A stretch of 64,000 bases of DNA from Prorocentrum cordatum (Eukaryota): assembly GCA_963575745.1 (NCBI GenBank), contig CAUYUJ010000226.1, positions 496,001 through 560,000 on the forward strand, given 5' to 3'. Both the position numbers and the translations under genes were made by a program. Shown one piece after another: positions 49,468 through 60,133 of the stretch; position 1 is the first letter of the stretch; each line of letters opens with the position of its first letter. The notes under the pieces are model-generated. The model did no database searches, was not told where the DNA came from, and was given only the letters and a program-made list of their open reading frames with translations.

Positions 49468-51337
49468 GCGACCACGCGCACCCCCCTTGGGAGGGGGGGG
49501 CGGGCGGCCCGCGGCCTCTGGGGGGCGCCGGCGGGCGACGACGACGACCACGGCCACGGCCATGGCCGCCGCAGCGACGACGACCTCGACGACGACAGCG
49601 ACGACGACGACGACGACGACCTCCGCGAGGACGACGACCACGACGATGGCCACGGCCGCGGTTACGGCCACGGCCACGGCCACGACCACGACCGCCGCCG
49701 CGAAGACGACGACGACCATGACCACGACAAGGACCACGACAGCGACAACAGCAACGACGGCGACCGCTGCCACGGCGGCGGCCACGAGGAGGGGGAGGAG
49801 CATCACGAGGAGGGGGAGGAGGGAGTGGACGTAGCCGGAAAGGAGAGGGACGGGGGGGAAGGAGAAGGAGGGAGGAGGGCGAGGGGGGAGGAGAACGGGG
49901 GAGGAGAACGAGGAAGGAGAACGAGGGAGGAGAGGGAGAGGGAAGGGGGGAAGGAGAACGAGGGAGGAGGGCGAGGAGGAGGCGCGAGGAGGGGGAGGAG
50001 GAGGACTGACCCGGGAGCAGGAGGCGGAGGCAGGAGCGCAGCGCTCGGGAGTTGCAGCCTCCGAGCAGCGCCGCGCTCGGGCACTGCAGCTACGCGACCT
50101 CGAGGTCGTCTTCCTCGAAGCGGCGACGAGCGAGGAGGGGACATTCAGAGCGTGAATTACCTCCCCCGCTTTCGCTTCCAGGCAAAACCAAGTCATACCA
50201 CGCGCCTCCTCGTCAAGCGGCCTGACCAGTACAGGCTGCAATTTGGCATCGTTTGGTATCTCTTGGAAGCGAGGGTGGTCAAAAGCGAGGGAGGTTTGTT
50301 TTCCCTCTAGACATGAGAAGAAGAAGAAGAAGGCCTTCTCAGAGGGCGGCGCGACCTCTGAGAAGCCCTCGCTCCTTCTGGGAAGTGTTCTGCGCCTTCG
50401 GGAGAGGCCCAAACAGCTTCTCAGAGGAGGAAAAACAGGCCTTCTCCTTTTCACTTCCCCCCGGGGCTTGCCGCCGTTTTTTTCCGAGTTCTCTCGAAGG
50501 GGGCAAACATTGCATAAACATAACTTTTCGCTGCGCGGTTTTCTTTGATCGGTGCTGGGCCCCCCAGGCGGCGCCTCCGGCGCCGCCCCTGGCGCGCTCC
50601 GGGCGCCAGGGAGGGGGTCCAGCGCAGATCTGAGAAATCTGCGCGGAGCGCCGAACGTTTATGTTTGTGCTGGTATGTGTTCCTCTATTTTCGTGGTGAC
50701 TCACAGAGCCTGGCCCCACACGTGTCAGTTTGAACGCTGTCCGCTTTGATGTGCAGTGCGTCTCGTTGTCATCGACTGTTAAAGCTCATCTAGTGGCCTT
50801 CCGCCGTTCCCGCCACCGGGCCTGGGTTGTGGGTCATAGGTCTCTACGATGTTCGTCGGGATGTCGCGAGGGGGCCTCTTAGGGGCCGTTTGGATGCCTC
50901 TTGGGAGCCGTTTTGGGGGCCTCTCAGGGGCGTCTTGATTGGTTACTACCAACTGCTGTGCCTTGGAGAAGCACACTGCGACCTCGAGGCGTCCTTGCGC
51001 ACTTCCCTCCTGTCACCGCCGCCGGCCTATGCCACGCCAGGCGCGGGCATTCCGCTCGGGCGCGTGAGCTCTCGGCGACCTCTCGTGTGGCGCTCCCGGC
51101 CTGTCAGGCGGTCTTCGCTCTCGGGAGCTTTGAGACGTGGGTCAGTGCAGAAAGGGGGGTCAGCCAGAGTGCTTGATCCTGCAGGATCCTGCAAAGCCAG
51201 GGCTGCATTGACTGGGGGCTAGCTCGCAGGACCCTGCAGGATCCCGCACAGCCCCACTGACCCAGGTTTGCAGTGACCCGGGGCAGTAGGTCCCCGACGT
51301 TCTCACGTCGGTGAGCAGTGTGTGCGATAGCCATGAG

Positions 51338-51540
51338 CGCGGGCAATGTTCATATTCATATCCAGCGCGTTTTTGACTTCTTGGAAGGGGCACCGCAAGG
51401 CCGAGGCGCACTGGACATGGGCAAAAAGCGAGCCCCTATAGGGGCCCGACTCCTACCCACATCCAGTGCGCCTCGGGTTTATGGGGAAGGGAGCCCGAAA
51501 CTCAAAGCTGCAGTGGATATGGACACGAGTCTTGCCCGCA
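51338..51540. mobile_element. MITE family E copy 2 (opposite orientation), TSD ATGAG
   Basis: ATGAG|CGCGGGCAA...TTGCCCGCA|ATGAG. Confidence 0.8.
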
Positions 51541-52527
51541 ATGAGGGAAACTGTTTAGATCTCTCCGCCGCAGGCATCGGCCAGGTCAGGCGAGTGCTTC
51601 CGTTCAGGCGCGTGCGCCCTCGGCGATGTCTCGTGCGACGCTCCTCGGCCTGCCACGCGTTCTTCGCTCCCACGTTGGTGGTCAACGTGTTCGATAGCCA
51701 CGTTTTTTTTTGTAGGTTTCTCCTGGCGATGACTGGGGGGCGGAGGGGGGGAGTTAGCCGGGTCACGTCACGACTCGCGCCGGCGCCGTCTGGGAATTCT
51801 TCGGAATGGCCAGTTCCCTGACGCCCGCGCGAATCGTGACGTGACCAATGAGGGGAGCCTGGGGCCAGTTACGGGCGTTATCGCGAATACGCAAGGAACG
51901 GGCTCCATGATGGGAGCGATGGCGCTTGAAAGGATGTTCCTCCGGGGCCCGAGAAGCCAACGTGAGGTGCACCATGTGCCACAGGAAGGGGGATCGGGCG
52001 TGGATGGTCCTGTTCGCCTGCGGGGACCCTGCGCCTCCCAGCAGCTCGAAGAGCATCGGAAGCAGCACGTGCGAAGATCGTGGCGCCGGGGATTCCTTCG
52101 GCCTGCAGGGCAAGTGGGAAGGGGTGCTGCCAGCAGGCAGTGTCGCGTCCCGGAGGCGGGCGGGGTGCGCGGGCTCGCGCGAGGTCGTCGTGCGAGGATG
52201 GCCACGGCGACAACGGTTCCGAGAAGATAAAGGAAGGAGGACGAGGAGGATGAGGACGGCGAGGACGAGGAAGACGATGATGTTGCTGATGCTACTGATG
52301 ATGCTAAGGAGGCTTCCTTCGGACGATGATGAGGATGAGGATGCGGATGATCATGGTGATGGTGATGGTGACGGCGATGGTGACGGTGGTGGCGATGGTG
52401 GTGGCGATGTTGCTGCTTCTGCTGCTGATGATGATGATGAAGAAGATGACGATGACGAAGGCGATGGCGATGACGATGAATGTGATGATGTTATCTGTGA
52501 TAATGTTGCTGCTGTTGATGGTGATGA

Positions 52528-52698
52528 TCGGGGCTGGACAGAACCCCCAACAGTGACACGTCGATTAGTGAATTGTCCGTTTTCGGTTCTCGAGAGGGCG
52601 CCGTGGCCGTCGTTTTCCAGGTTTGCGCCCGCCGGGTTTGGGCCCAAGTCGTTTTCACTAAACCACGTTTTGCTAAAGGGGGTTCTGTCCATCCCCGA
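52528..52698. mobile_element. MITE family D copy 2, TSD GATGA, inserted in a (GAT)n array
   Basis: GATGA|TCGGGGCTGGACA...TGTCCATCCCCGA|GATGA. Confidence 0.85.
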
Positions 52699-53035
52699 GA
52701 TGATGTTGATGTTGATGATGCTGATGGTGATGATGATGATTGGTGGTGATGATGGTAATGGTGATGATGGTGATGGTATGATGATGATGATGGTGATGAT
52801 GATCATGGTGGTGATGGTCAGGGTGATGATGGTGGTGATGATGGTGGTAATGGCGATGGTGATGATGATGATGATGATGATGATGTTTCTGATGATTCTG
52901 AGAAGGATGAGGATGATCATGATGATGATGATGTGATGATGATGACAACGACGGCGGCAACGACGATGATGATGGTGACAATGTTGATAATGATGATGAT
53001 GATGATGATGATGCTGATGATGATGATGGTAATGC

Positions 53036-53090
<55 letters not shown>

Positions 53091-53254
53091 GATGATGATG
53101 GTGATGGTGATGGTGATGGTGATGCTACTGACGATGATGATGTTGATGCTGATGATTGTGATCATGCTGATGGTGGCGATACTGGTGGTGGTGACGACGA
53201 TGATGCTGTTCATGGTGATGAGGATGATGATGCTGATGATAATGATGATGATGC

Positions 53255-53286
<32 letters not shown>

Positions 53287-53480
53287 GTGATGACGAGGAC
53301 GATGATGATGCTGATGATGATGGTCATGAGCATGATTATGATGATGGTGATGATGATGATAATGATACTGAGGATGATGATGGTGATGGTGATGGTGATG
53401 ATGATGATGGCTATGGTGATGATGATGACGAGGAGGAGTAGGATAGTAAATGTGAAGTTGTTGATGATGACAGCGATGGC
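52699..53480. repeat. (GAT)n-based trinucleotide array
   Basis: Directly visible. Confidence 0.95.
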
Positions 53481-53983
53481 GACAACGATGGCCAGTGACA
53501 GAAATACTGCGAACGCGGTGAGTGATGGTGGTGGGTGGCGATCACCGCCACCACCACTACAGTCAATCCGTGTAATTAAGGACGCACGATGCACATTGCA
53601 AGGGCCTTGGAATGCCATGCCGACGCGCTGCCAGCGGGACGAGGCCAGCGAAAGCGGCTAAGGATGGGCCGAAGGGGAAGGATGAAAGGGCTGCCTTTGA
53701 AAGTTGTTCATTCCTACTGCGCGGGTTGACCGTCTCGTCATCACCGCCCACCCTCCGTTCATCAGATGCAAGAGGAGCCCGCGCCGTCTCATCCTTCCTA
53801 CGCGCGTTGACCGTATCGTCATCACAACCCACCCTCCGTAGTATGAGGTGCCAGAGTAAAGCCGGACCGAGATATGACATCGAGCTCGATTCGGGGAGGG
53901 TACCCTTGGAAGTTATCTTTGTTCTGGCCGGCGGAGGGTCTCATGTTCTTGAGGGATGTTCTTTTGGCCTAGGTCCGATTGTA

Positions 53984-54152
53984 CACCTTAGGCGATGCTT
54001 AAGAAAACTTACGTTTTCGGCCAGAGTCTCGATTATTCTTAACGTTTCAATGTAAATAATCCTATGAGTTTGAATGGAAGTTTTGGGTCTTTATTCAAGT
54101 TCTGAGACTATGAATTTCTGAACCCATGATTTCTTAAGCATTTCGCAGGGTG
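53984..54152 (+). mobile_element. MITE family A copy 3, followed by a ~145-bp segment plus (GGA)n shared with copy 4
   Basis: Same TIRs, G-TA site. Confidence 0.85.
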
Positions 54153-54579
54153 TAGACCCCTGGCTTTGCGCCGCCTTCCCTGGCAGCGCCCGATCCGCTG
54201 CCCGTCCCTTCGCCGATGCCGGGCGGAGGGTCGCCCACGGCGCTCCGCCATGATAGTGAGGAGGCTCGGTCGCAGCTCGAAACTCGAAAACAGAGAAGGA
54301 GGAGGAGGAGGAGGAGGAGGAGGAGGAGGAGGAGGAGGGGTGTAGGTCCGATTGTAGCCCGCTCCGGCCCCCTCGGCCGCCGCACCCCCCTGCACGTCCC
54401 GCTCGGGGGGGAGGCTGCCAGCGGTGCCCCCGGCCCAGGGTGGCTCCAGCGGCCCCCCTCGACCCCCGTTGAGCAGGAGCGATCCTTTTCGATCGTCTTC
54501 CTGCTCCTCCTTCTCCTCCTCCTCCTCCTCCTCCTCGGCCGCCGTCTCTTCCTCCTCCTCCGCCTCCGCCTCCGCCTCC

Positions 54580-54642
<63 letters not shown>

Positions 54643-54649
54643 ACATCAG

Positions 54650-54730
<81 letters not shown>

Positions 54731-55193
54731 GCACCTCCTCGGCCGCCTTTTCCTCCTCCTCCTCCTCCTTCTCCTCCTCCTCCTCCTCCGTCCTCCTCGA
54801 TGCTTCGCCCCAGCTGATCGCTCAGTTCTGGAGCCCCTTATGGGCCCCCCTGGGCCTCGCGATGGGTGCTCCATGGCGGCCGCGGGGCTGCCTCGGAGAT
54901 CCTGGGAGCAACCTGTTGCCAGGGGCACCCCGGGCACTCCGGGCACTTGGGAGCCCCTGGGGCCATCTGGGCCTCGCGAGGGGTGCCTCGTGGAGGCCGT
55001 GGGGGCCTCCTCGGAGATCCTGGAGGCGCCCTGCTGCCATGGAGGCAGGCGACGCAGAAGCACGGGCGCGGCTGCGCAGCAAGTCGTGCGCAGGCCAAGC
55101 TGCTTGCGCAGGACTGCGCGCGCACGCCCTCGCTGCAGTGTGGCGGGCCGCGCCAGCGGCCATCCGCGGACGGCCGCGACGCCATCCTGCGTA

Positions 55194-55355
55194 CACCTTA
55201 GGCGATGCTTAAGAAAACCTAAGTTTTCGGCCAGAGTCTCGATTATTCTTAATGTTTCCATGTAAACTCTAAGATGTTCATAGAACTTCTGGGTTTTAGT
55301 CAATTTCTGAGACTGAATTTCTTAACCCATGATTTCTAAAGCATTTCGCAGGGCG
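55194..55355 (+). mobile_element. MITE family A copy 4
   Basis: Same TIRs (3' end GGCG), G-TA site. Confidence 0.85.
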
Positions 55356-55612
55356 TAAACCCCTGGCTTTGCGCCACCTTCCCTGGCAGCGCCCGATCCG
55401 CTGCCCCTTCGCCGAGGCCGGGTGGAGGAGTCGCCCACGGCGCTCCCCCACGATAATGAGGAGGCTCGGTCGCAGCTCGAAACTCGAAAACAGAGAAGGA
55501 GGAGGAGGAGGAGGAGGAGGAGGAGGAGGAGGAGGAGGAGGAGGAGTAGTTCGCGATGGTGATGCTGGTGGTGGTGATGGCGCTGGCGGACCCGCGGCCC
55601 CCGCCCCCCGAG

Positions 55613-55654
55613 GCCGAGCTCCTCCAGGTCGAGGCGGCGTGCGCGGCCGAAGAG
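55613..55654 (+). CDS. Host gene micro-exon (AELLQVEAACAAEE), GC donor
   Basis: CCCGAG|G acceptor, GAG|GC donor, phase 0/0. Confidence 0.65.
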
Positions 55655-56262
55655 GCGGGGCCCGCCGACCATCGGGGGGAGGGCGCCGCGGGGGGCGGGG
55701 GTCCATCGGGGGCACCGCCCGGAGGATGCGGTGCTCGGGGGCCGCCGCAGGCGGGGGACGCGGGGCACGCAGCCGAGTGCATAGGGCCAGCGCCCGCCGA
55801 GGTTTCCCTCACCCCCCCGCCCCCCTCTTCGTGCACCCCTCTCCCCGTCCTCCCAGCCTCCCCGTCCCCCTTCCCCTCCTGTCCCCGCCTCCCCCCTCCC
55901 CCCTCCCTACCCCTGCCCCCTGCCCCCCCCTCCCCCCCGCTTTCGGACGCTTCTCTCCCCGTCCTGATCGTCTTCCCGCCCCTCCAAACCCCGTCCGAAT
56001 CCCTCCCTTCGTCACGCAAGCTCCCTCGGCCCCCCCCCTCCGCCGCCCTCGTCCCCCACCAAGCCCCCCTCTCCACCTCCATACAAGTACAGGGCGCCGC
56101 AGGGAGCCACTTCCCAAATCTAGCTCCTTCCCAAACTCTACAGGGAATGCCACAGGGAGCCGATTCCCAAGCTCAGAGGAGGAAGCGGTACCCGTACCGC
56201 TACCCTTCCCTCGGATCTGCAGTTCACGCTGGTTTCTCTATGAGACGACCACCGGGGGGAAG

Positions 56263-56264
<2 letters not shown>

Positions 56265-56355
<91 letters not shown>

Positions 56356-56597
56356 ACGCACACGCACACGCACACGCACACGCACACGCACACGCACACG
56401 CACACGCACACGCACACGCACACGCACACGCACGCACACGCACACACAGACACACACAGACACACAGACACACAGCACACAGACACACAGACACACACAC
56501 AGACACACAGACACACAGACACACAGACACACAGACACACAGACACACAGACACAAGACACACAGACACACAGACACACAGACACACAGACACACAG

Positions 56598-56647
<50 letters not shown>

Positions 56648-56648
56648 C
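56265..56648. repeat. (CA)n/(CACACG)n/(CACACAGA)n/(TA)n compound microsatellite
   Basis: Directly visible. Confidence 0.95.
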
Positions 56649-57534
56649 CAGCCTTGAGACATGTACCGATACCGCCGCTACCCGTGCCTCTTTTTCCCCT
56701 GTCTGGGCCTCCTGGAGGCCCTCGTCGCCGCGGCTGGCTTCGCTTCGCAATGCTGGGCAGAACGCACCCCGGGAGAGGTCCGTGGAGCAGCGGCATCGGT
56801 ACCTTCTGGTTTCATCCTCCTCCTCCTCCTCTTCCTCCTCCTCCCCCTCCTCCTCCTCCCCCTCCTCCTCCTCCTCCCCCTCCTCCTCCTCCTCCTCCTG
56901 CTCCTCCTCCTCCTCCTCCTCCTCCTCCTCCTCCTCCTCCTCCTCCTCCTCCCATACACGTTGTGCACAGACAGCTCATCCATGTAGTCCAGTCCCAGCT
57001 GCCCCCCCGAGTAATATGGGGCGGTCTCAACACACGAACCCTGGGGCGCAGGGCTACCTGGGGGTCTGTCGCTGCGCACGCCGAAGCCTCACCGAGCCCT
57101 CCACCCTTGACGAAGCCTGCTGCTCCTCCGCGAAGCCTGCCGAAGCCTGGTGGTTCTGTTCGCAAGCACCACCGCGCTCAGCACAGTGGTCATTCTTCGG
57201 GGCAGCCGTGCGAACGCGAGGAGCGCAGAACAACAGCTGTGCGCCATGCCTCGGGCGAAAGGCCACGTACCTCAGTGCCTATTCGCGCCAGTTGCCAGTC
57301 GTCCTTCGCACCAGCGCCGCTGCTCCTCCGCACTGATCTCAACCACCCCCAGACCCCTCCGCCTCGATTTCTGCTGCAGCATCGACCCCTGGGAGGTCTC
57401 GGGCCATTTCCCGGGGCCGGCTTCTCGTCCAGAGCCATGTCTGGACGGTCCCAGGCCCGGTGAGGGCCCCCAGAGGTCGAACACAGTGGAAGCCCCTGCC
57501 ACGAAACACCCTGCTTGCCTCCGGGGTGCCCCAG

Positions 57535-57870
57535 GGTTTCTCGGCTTCTGCGGAGGTCTTGCGGCGGAACACGCAGCGCTCCCTCGCCAAAAACCGGTGG
57601 ACGTCCTGGGGTCTCAGGCTCGGGTTTCTTGTCGGCTTCTGCGGTGGCTTTGCGGTGGAACACGCAGCGCTCCCTCGCCAAACACCGGTGGGCGTCCTGG
57701 GGTCTGAGGCTCGGGTTTCTTGTCGGCCTGCGGTGGCTTTGCGGTGGAACACGCAGCGCTCCCTCGCCAAAAACCGGTGGACGTCCTGGGGTCTCAGGCT
57801 CGGGTTTCTTGTGGAAGGTTTCTTGTGGAGTGGCCTTTGCTGGGGGTTTCTTGTGGAAGGTTTCTTGTGC
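57535..57870. repeat. Tandem ~88-bp minisatellite, about 3 copies
   Basis: GGAACACGCAGCGCTCCCTCGCCAAA..CCGGTGG repeated. Confidence 0.9.
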
Positions 57871-58004
57871 ACTGGCCTCCGCTGCACAGACAAAAAGCTG
57901 CCCACCGTGACGTCTATACAGGCGTCGGACCTCTGGGCTGTCGGCCCATGGCTTGGGCCTCCAGCGCCCGATGGGGGCGCGATCTGGGCCTTCCACACTT
58001 ACCG

Positions 58005-58165
58005 TTAAGTCGGGCCTGTCCCTCTACAGGAGGAATACTCCAAAATTGTCGAAAAATAGGTTGGGGACTATTGTTCCGTATTTGTGTGGATATTTCTGGA
58101 ATATGTTGGGGGTATTGTTTTATTTTTCGTCCAAAAGCGGCCTGTAGGGGACAGGCCCGACTGAC
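58005..58165. mobile_element. hAT-like MITE family C copy
   Basis: TTAAGTCGGGCCTGTCCCTCTACAGG...CCTGTAGGGGACAGGCCCGAC; ACTTACCG/ACTTACGC flanks. Confidence 0.75.
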
Positions 58166-58514
58166 ACTTACGCCCTCGGCGAGGCGCAGCTGGTGGGAAG
58201 CACTCCGAGGCTGGCAATCGGCATCGTTTGACCAATCCCCATCCCCATCCCCATCCCCTTCGAGACCCCCACCAAACTACAACCCGGGTGGGGGATACGC
58301 CCCTCGAAACCCGAAGGGGTCGGCCCATGTCCCCATCCAGGGGGAGGTGCCCAGAGGAGGAATGAGGAGGAGGAGGAGGAGGAGGAGGAGGAGGAGGAGG
58401 AGGAGGAGGAGGAGGAGGAGGAGGGGTAAATCGGCCAGTGGGGCCCAGGCCACGCCGCTGGGGATGGTTCTACGATGCTCAGGAACACCGCCTGAAGCCG
58501 ACGAAAACGCTTGA

Positions 58515-58988
58515 AAGCCTGGAGCCCCGGCCCCCCTCGCGCTCCTCCCCGACGCTTCCACGGCTCTCTCTTCAGAGGCAGCGCTGGGCGAAGCCAGGCT
58601 CGGGGGGGAGCGCCTCGCCCCCCCCCAAAGGGCCCAAAGCCTGGAGCCTCGGCCCTCCTCGCGCTCCTCCCCGATGCCTCCACGGCTTCCTCTCCAGAGG
58701 CAGCGCTGGGGGAAGCCAGGCTCGGGGGGGGAGCGCATCGCCCCCCCCAAAACAGGCCCAAAGCCTGGAGCCTCGGCCCTCCTCGCGCTCCTCCCCGATG
58801 CTCCCACGGCTTTCTCTTCCGAGGCAGCGCTGGGCGAAGCCAGGCTCGGGGGAGGGGAAAGCGCACCGCCCCCCCCCAAGGGGCCCAGAGCCTGGAGCCT
58901 CGGCCCTCCTCGCACTCGTTCCCCGACGCTTCCACGGCTTTCTCTTCAGAGGCAGCGCTGGGGGAAGCCAGGCTCGGGGGAGGGGAAA
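58515..58988. repeat. Tandem ~125-bp minisatellite, about 4 copies, interrupted by MITE family B copy 2
   Basis: AGCCTGGAGCCTCGGCCCTCCTCGCGCTCC...GAAGCCAGGCTCGGGGG repeated. Confidence 0.9.
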
Positions 58989-59199
58989 TTCGGATGCAAC
59001 TCCTGGGAGGTCAAATTCTGATTTTGCCCTGGTCCGAAATCCGGCTTAATCGTGCTTGATACCCCTTAGTCTGGCTTAATCCCGCTTAATCCGGCTTAAT
59101 CCCGCTTAGTCCGAGGCCCACTCTGGCGAAACAGCTTTCAAATGGGGCTTAATATTCCTTAATCTTTCCGACAAAAACCTCCCAGTAGTTGCCTCATAA
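58989..59199. mobile_element. MITE family B copy 2, TSD (G)GGAAA
   Basis: Empty-site sequence GGGGAAAGCGCACCGCC is visible in the preceding minisatellite unit (~58854). Confidence 0.8.
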
Positions 59200-59370
59200 G
59201 GGAAAGCGCACCGCCCCCCCCCCCAAAACAGGCCCACTGCATCGCCGATCGGGCCCCGACAACAGCCCGCCATCCGCCCGGGAACGTGCGGGCTCGCGTC
59301 CGGGGGCCCATCGCCCCGCGGTCGCCCATGCACCGTCGACTCGAGCTCGTTTTTGCTTCCCCCCCTGAGC

Positions 59371-59534
59371 TCAGGTCGTGCCCGTCCCTCTACGGGGGGG
59401 ATGTTCAAAAATCGTCGAAAAAATATGCTGGGGACGATTTGTTTGACTATTTTGAGGGTGTTGCTGGAGTTGTTGTTGGGGTGTTCTTGATTTTTTGTCC
59501 CAAATCCCCCTGTAGGGGGACACGCCCGACCTAA
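59371..59534. mobile_element. hAT-like MITE family C copy with exact 8-bp TSD CCCTGAGC
   Basis: CCCTGAGC|TCAGGTCG...CCCGACCTAA|CCCTGAGC. Confidence 0.8.
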
Positions 59535-60097
59535 CCCTGAGCCAGTCCCCATCGCTGCCCTTCACGTTCGAGCTCTGCCTCCCCCCCCCCCACCCCCCGC
59601 CCTCGCCTCTCGTTTCAGGCACCGGCCGGACTGGTTTCAGTGGGACCTGGTCTAGTGATGTGTGCTGGGGGGCGCCTCCCCTGCCCCGTTCCATTAGCTG
59701 GAACTGCCACGGCAGATCTGGCTCAGTGATTCCAGTCCATGTTTTGGCTTCGGGGCCTGATCACTGACTGGATCCCCGTATCTGGGCCCCTGGCTATACC
59801 CGATCCGACCACACGTACGTAAGAGTGACCCTTCGCCGGAGTGACATTTGATGCGGGCCCAATGGCGTCCCCCGATCGCCGAACGCGATGCGGCAGTAGC
59901 GTCTTGCGCGCCTGTGTGGTCGGTCCCCCCGCGGCCCTAACAATTGCTGCGCACCAGAGGCCACCCTCACCACGGGGCCCCCTCGTGCGTGCAGCCCGAT
60001 CTGTTTTCGGCTCCGGGGCCCTCTAGCACTGACCAAATCCCCCTACCCGCGGCCCTGGCCATGCCCGCTCTTTGCCTCGCGCCGCGCCGGCGCGGAG

Positions 60098-60133
60098 GTC
60101 CGGGTCCTGCGAAGACAGGTCGCGGACGTCGAG
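60098..60133 (+). CDS. Host gene micro-exon (VRVLRRQVADVE), GC donor
   Basis: GGAG|G acceptor, GAG|GC donor, phase 0/0, continues the heptad-like peptide. Confidence 0.55.
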
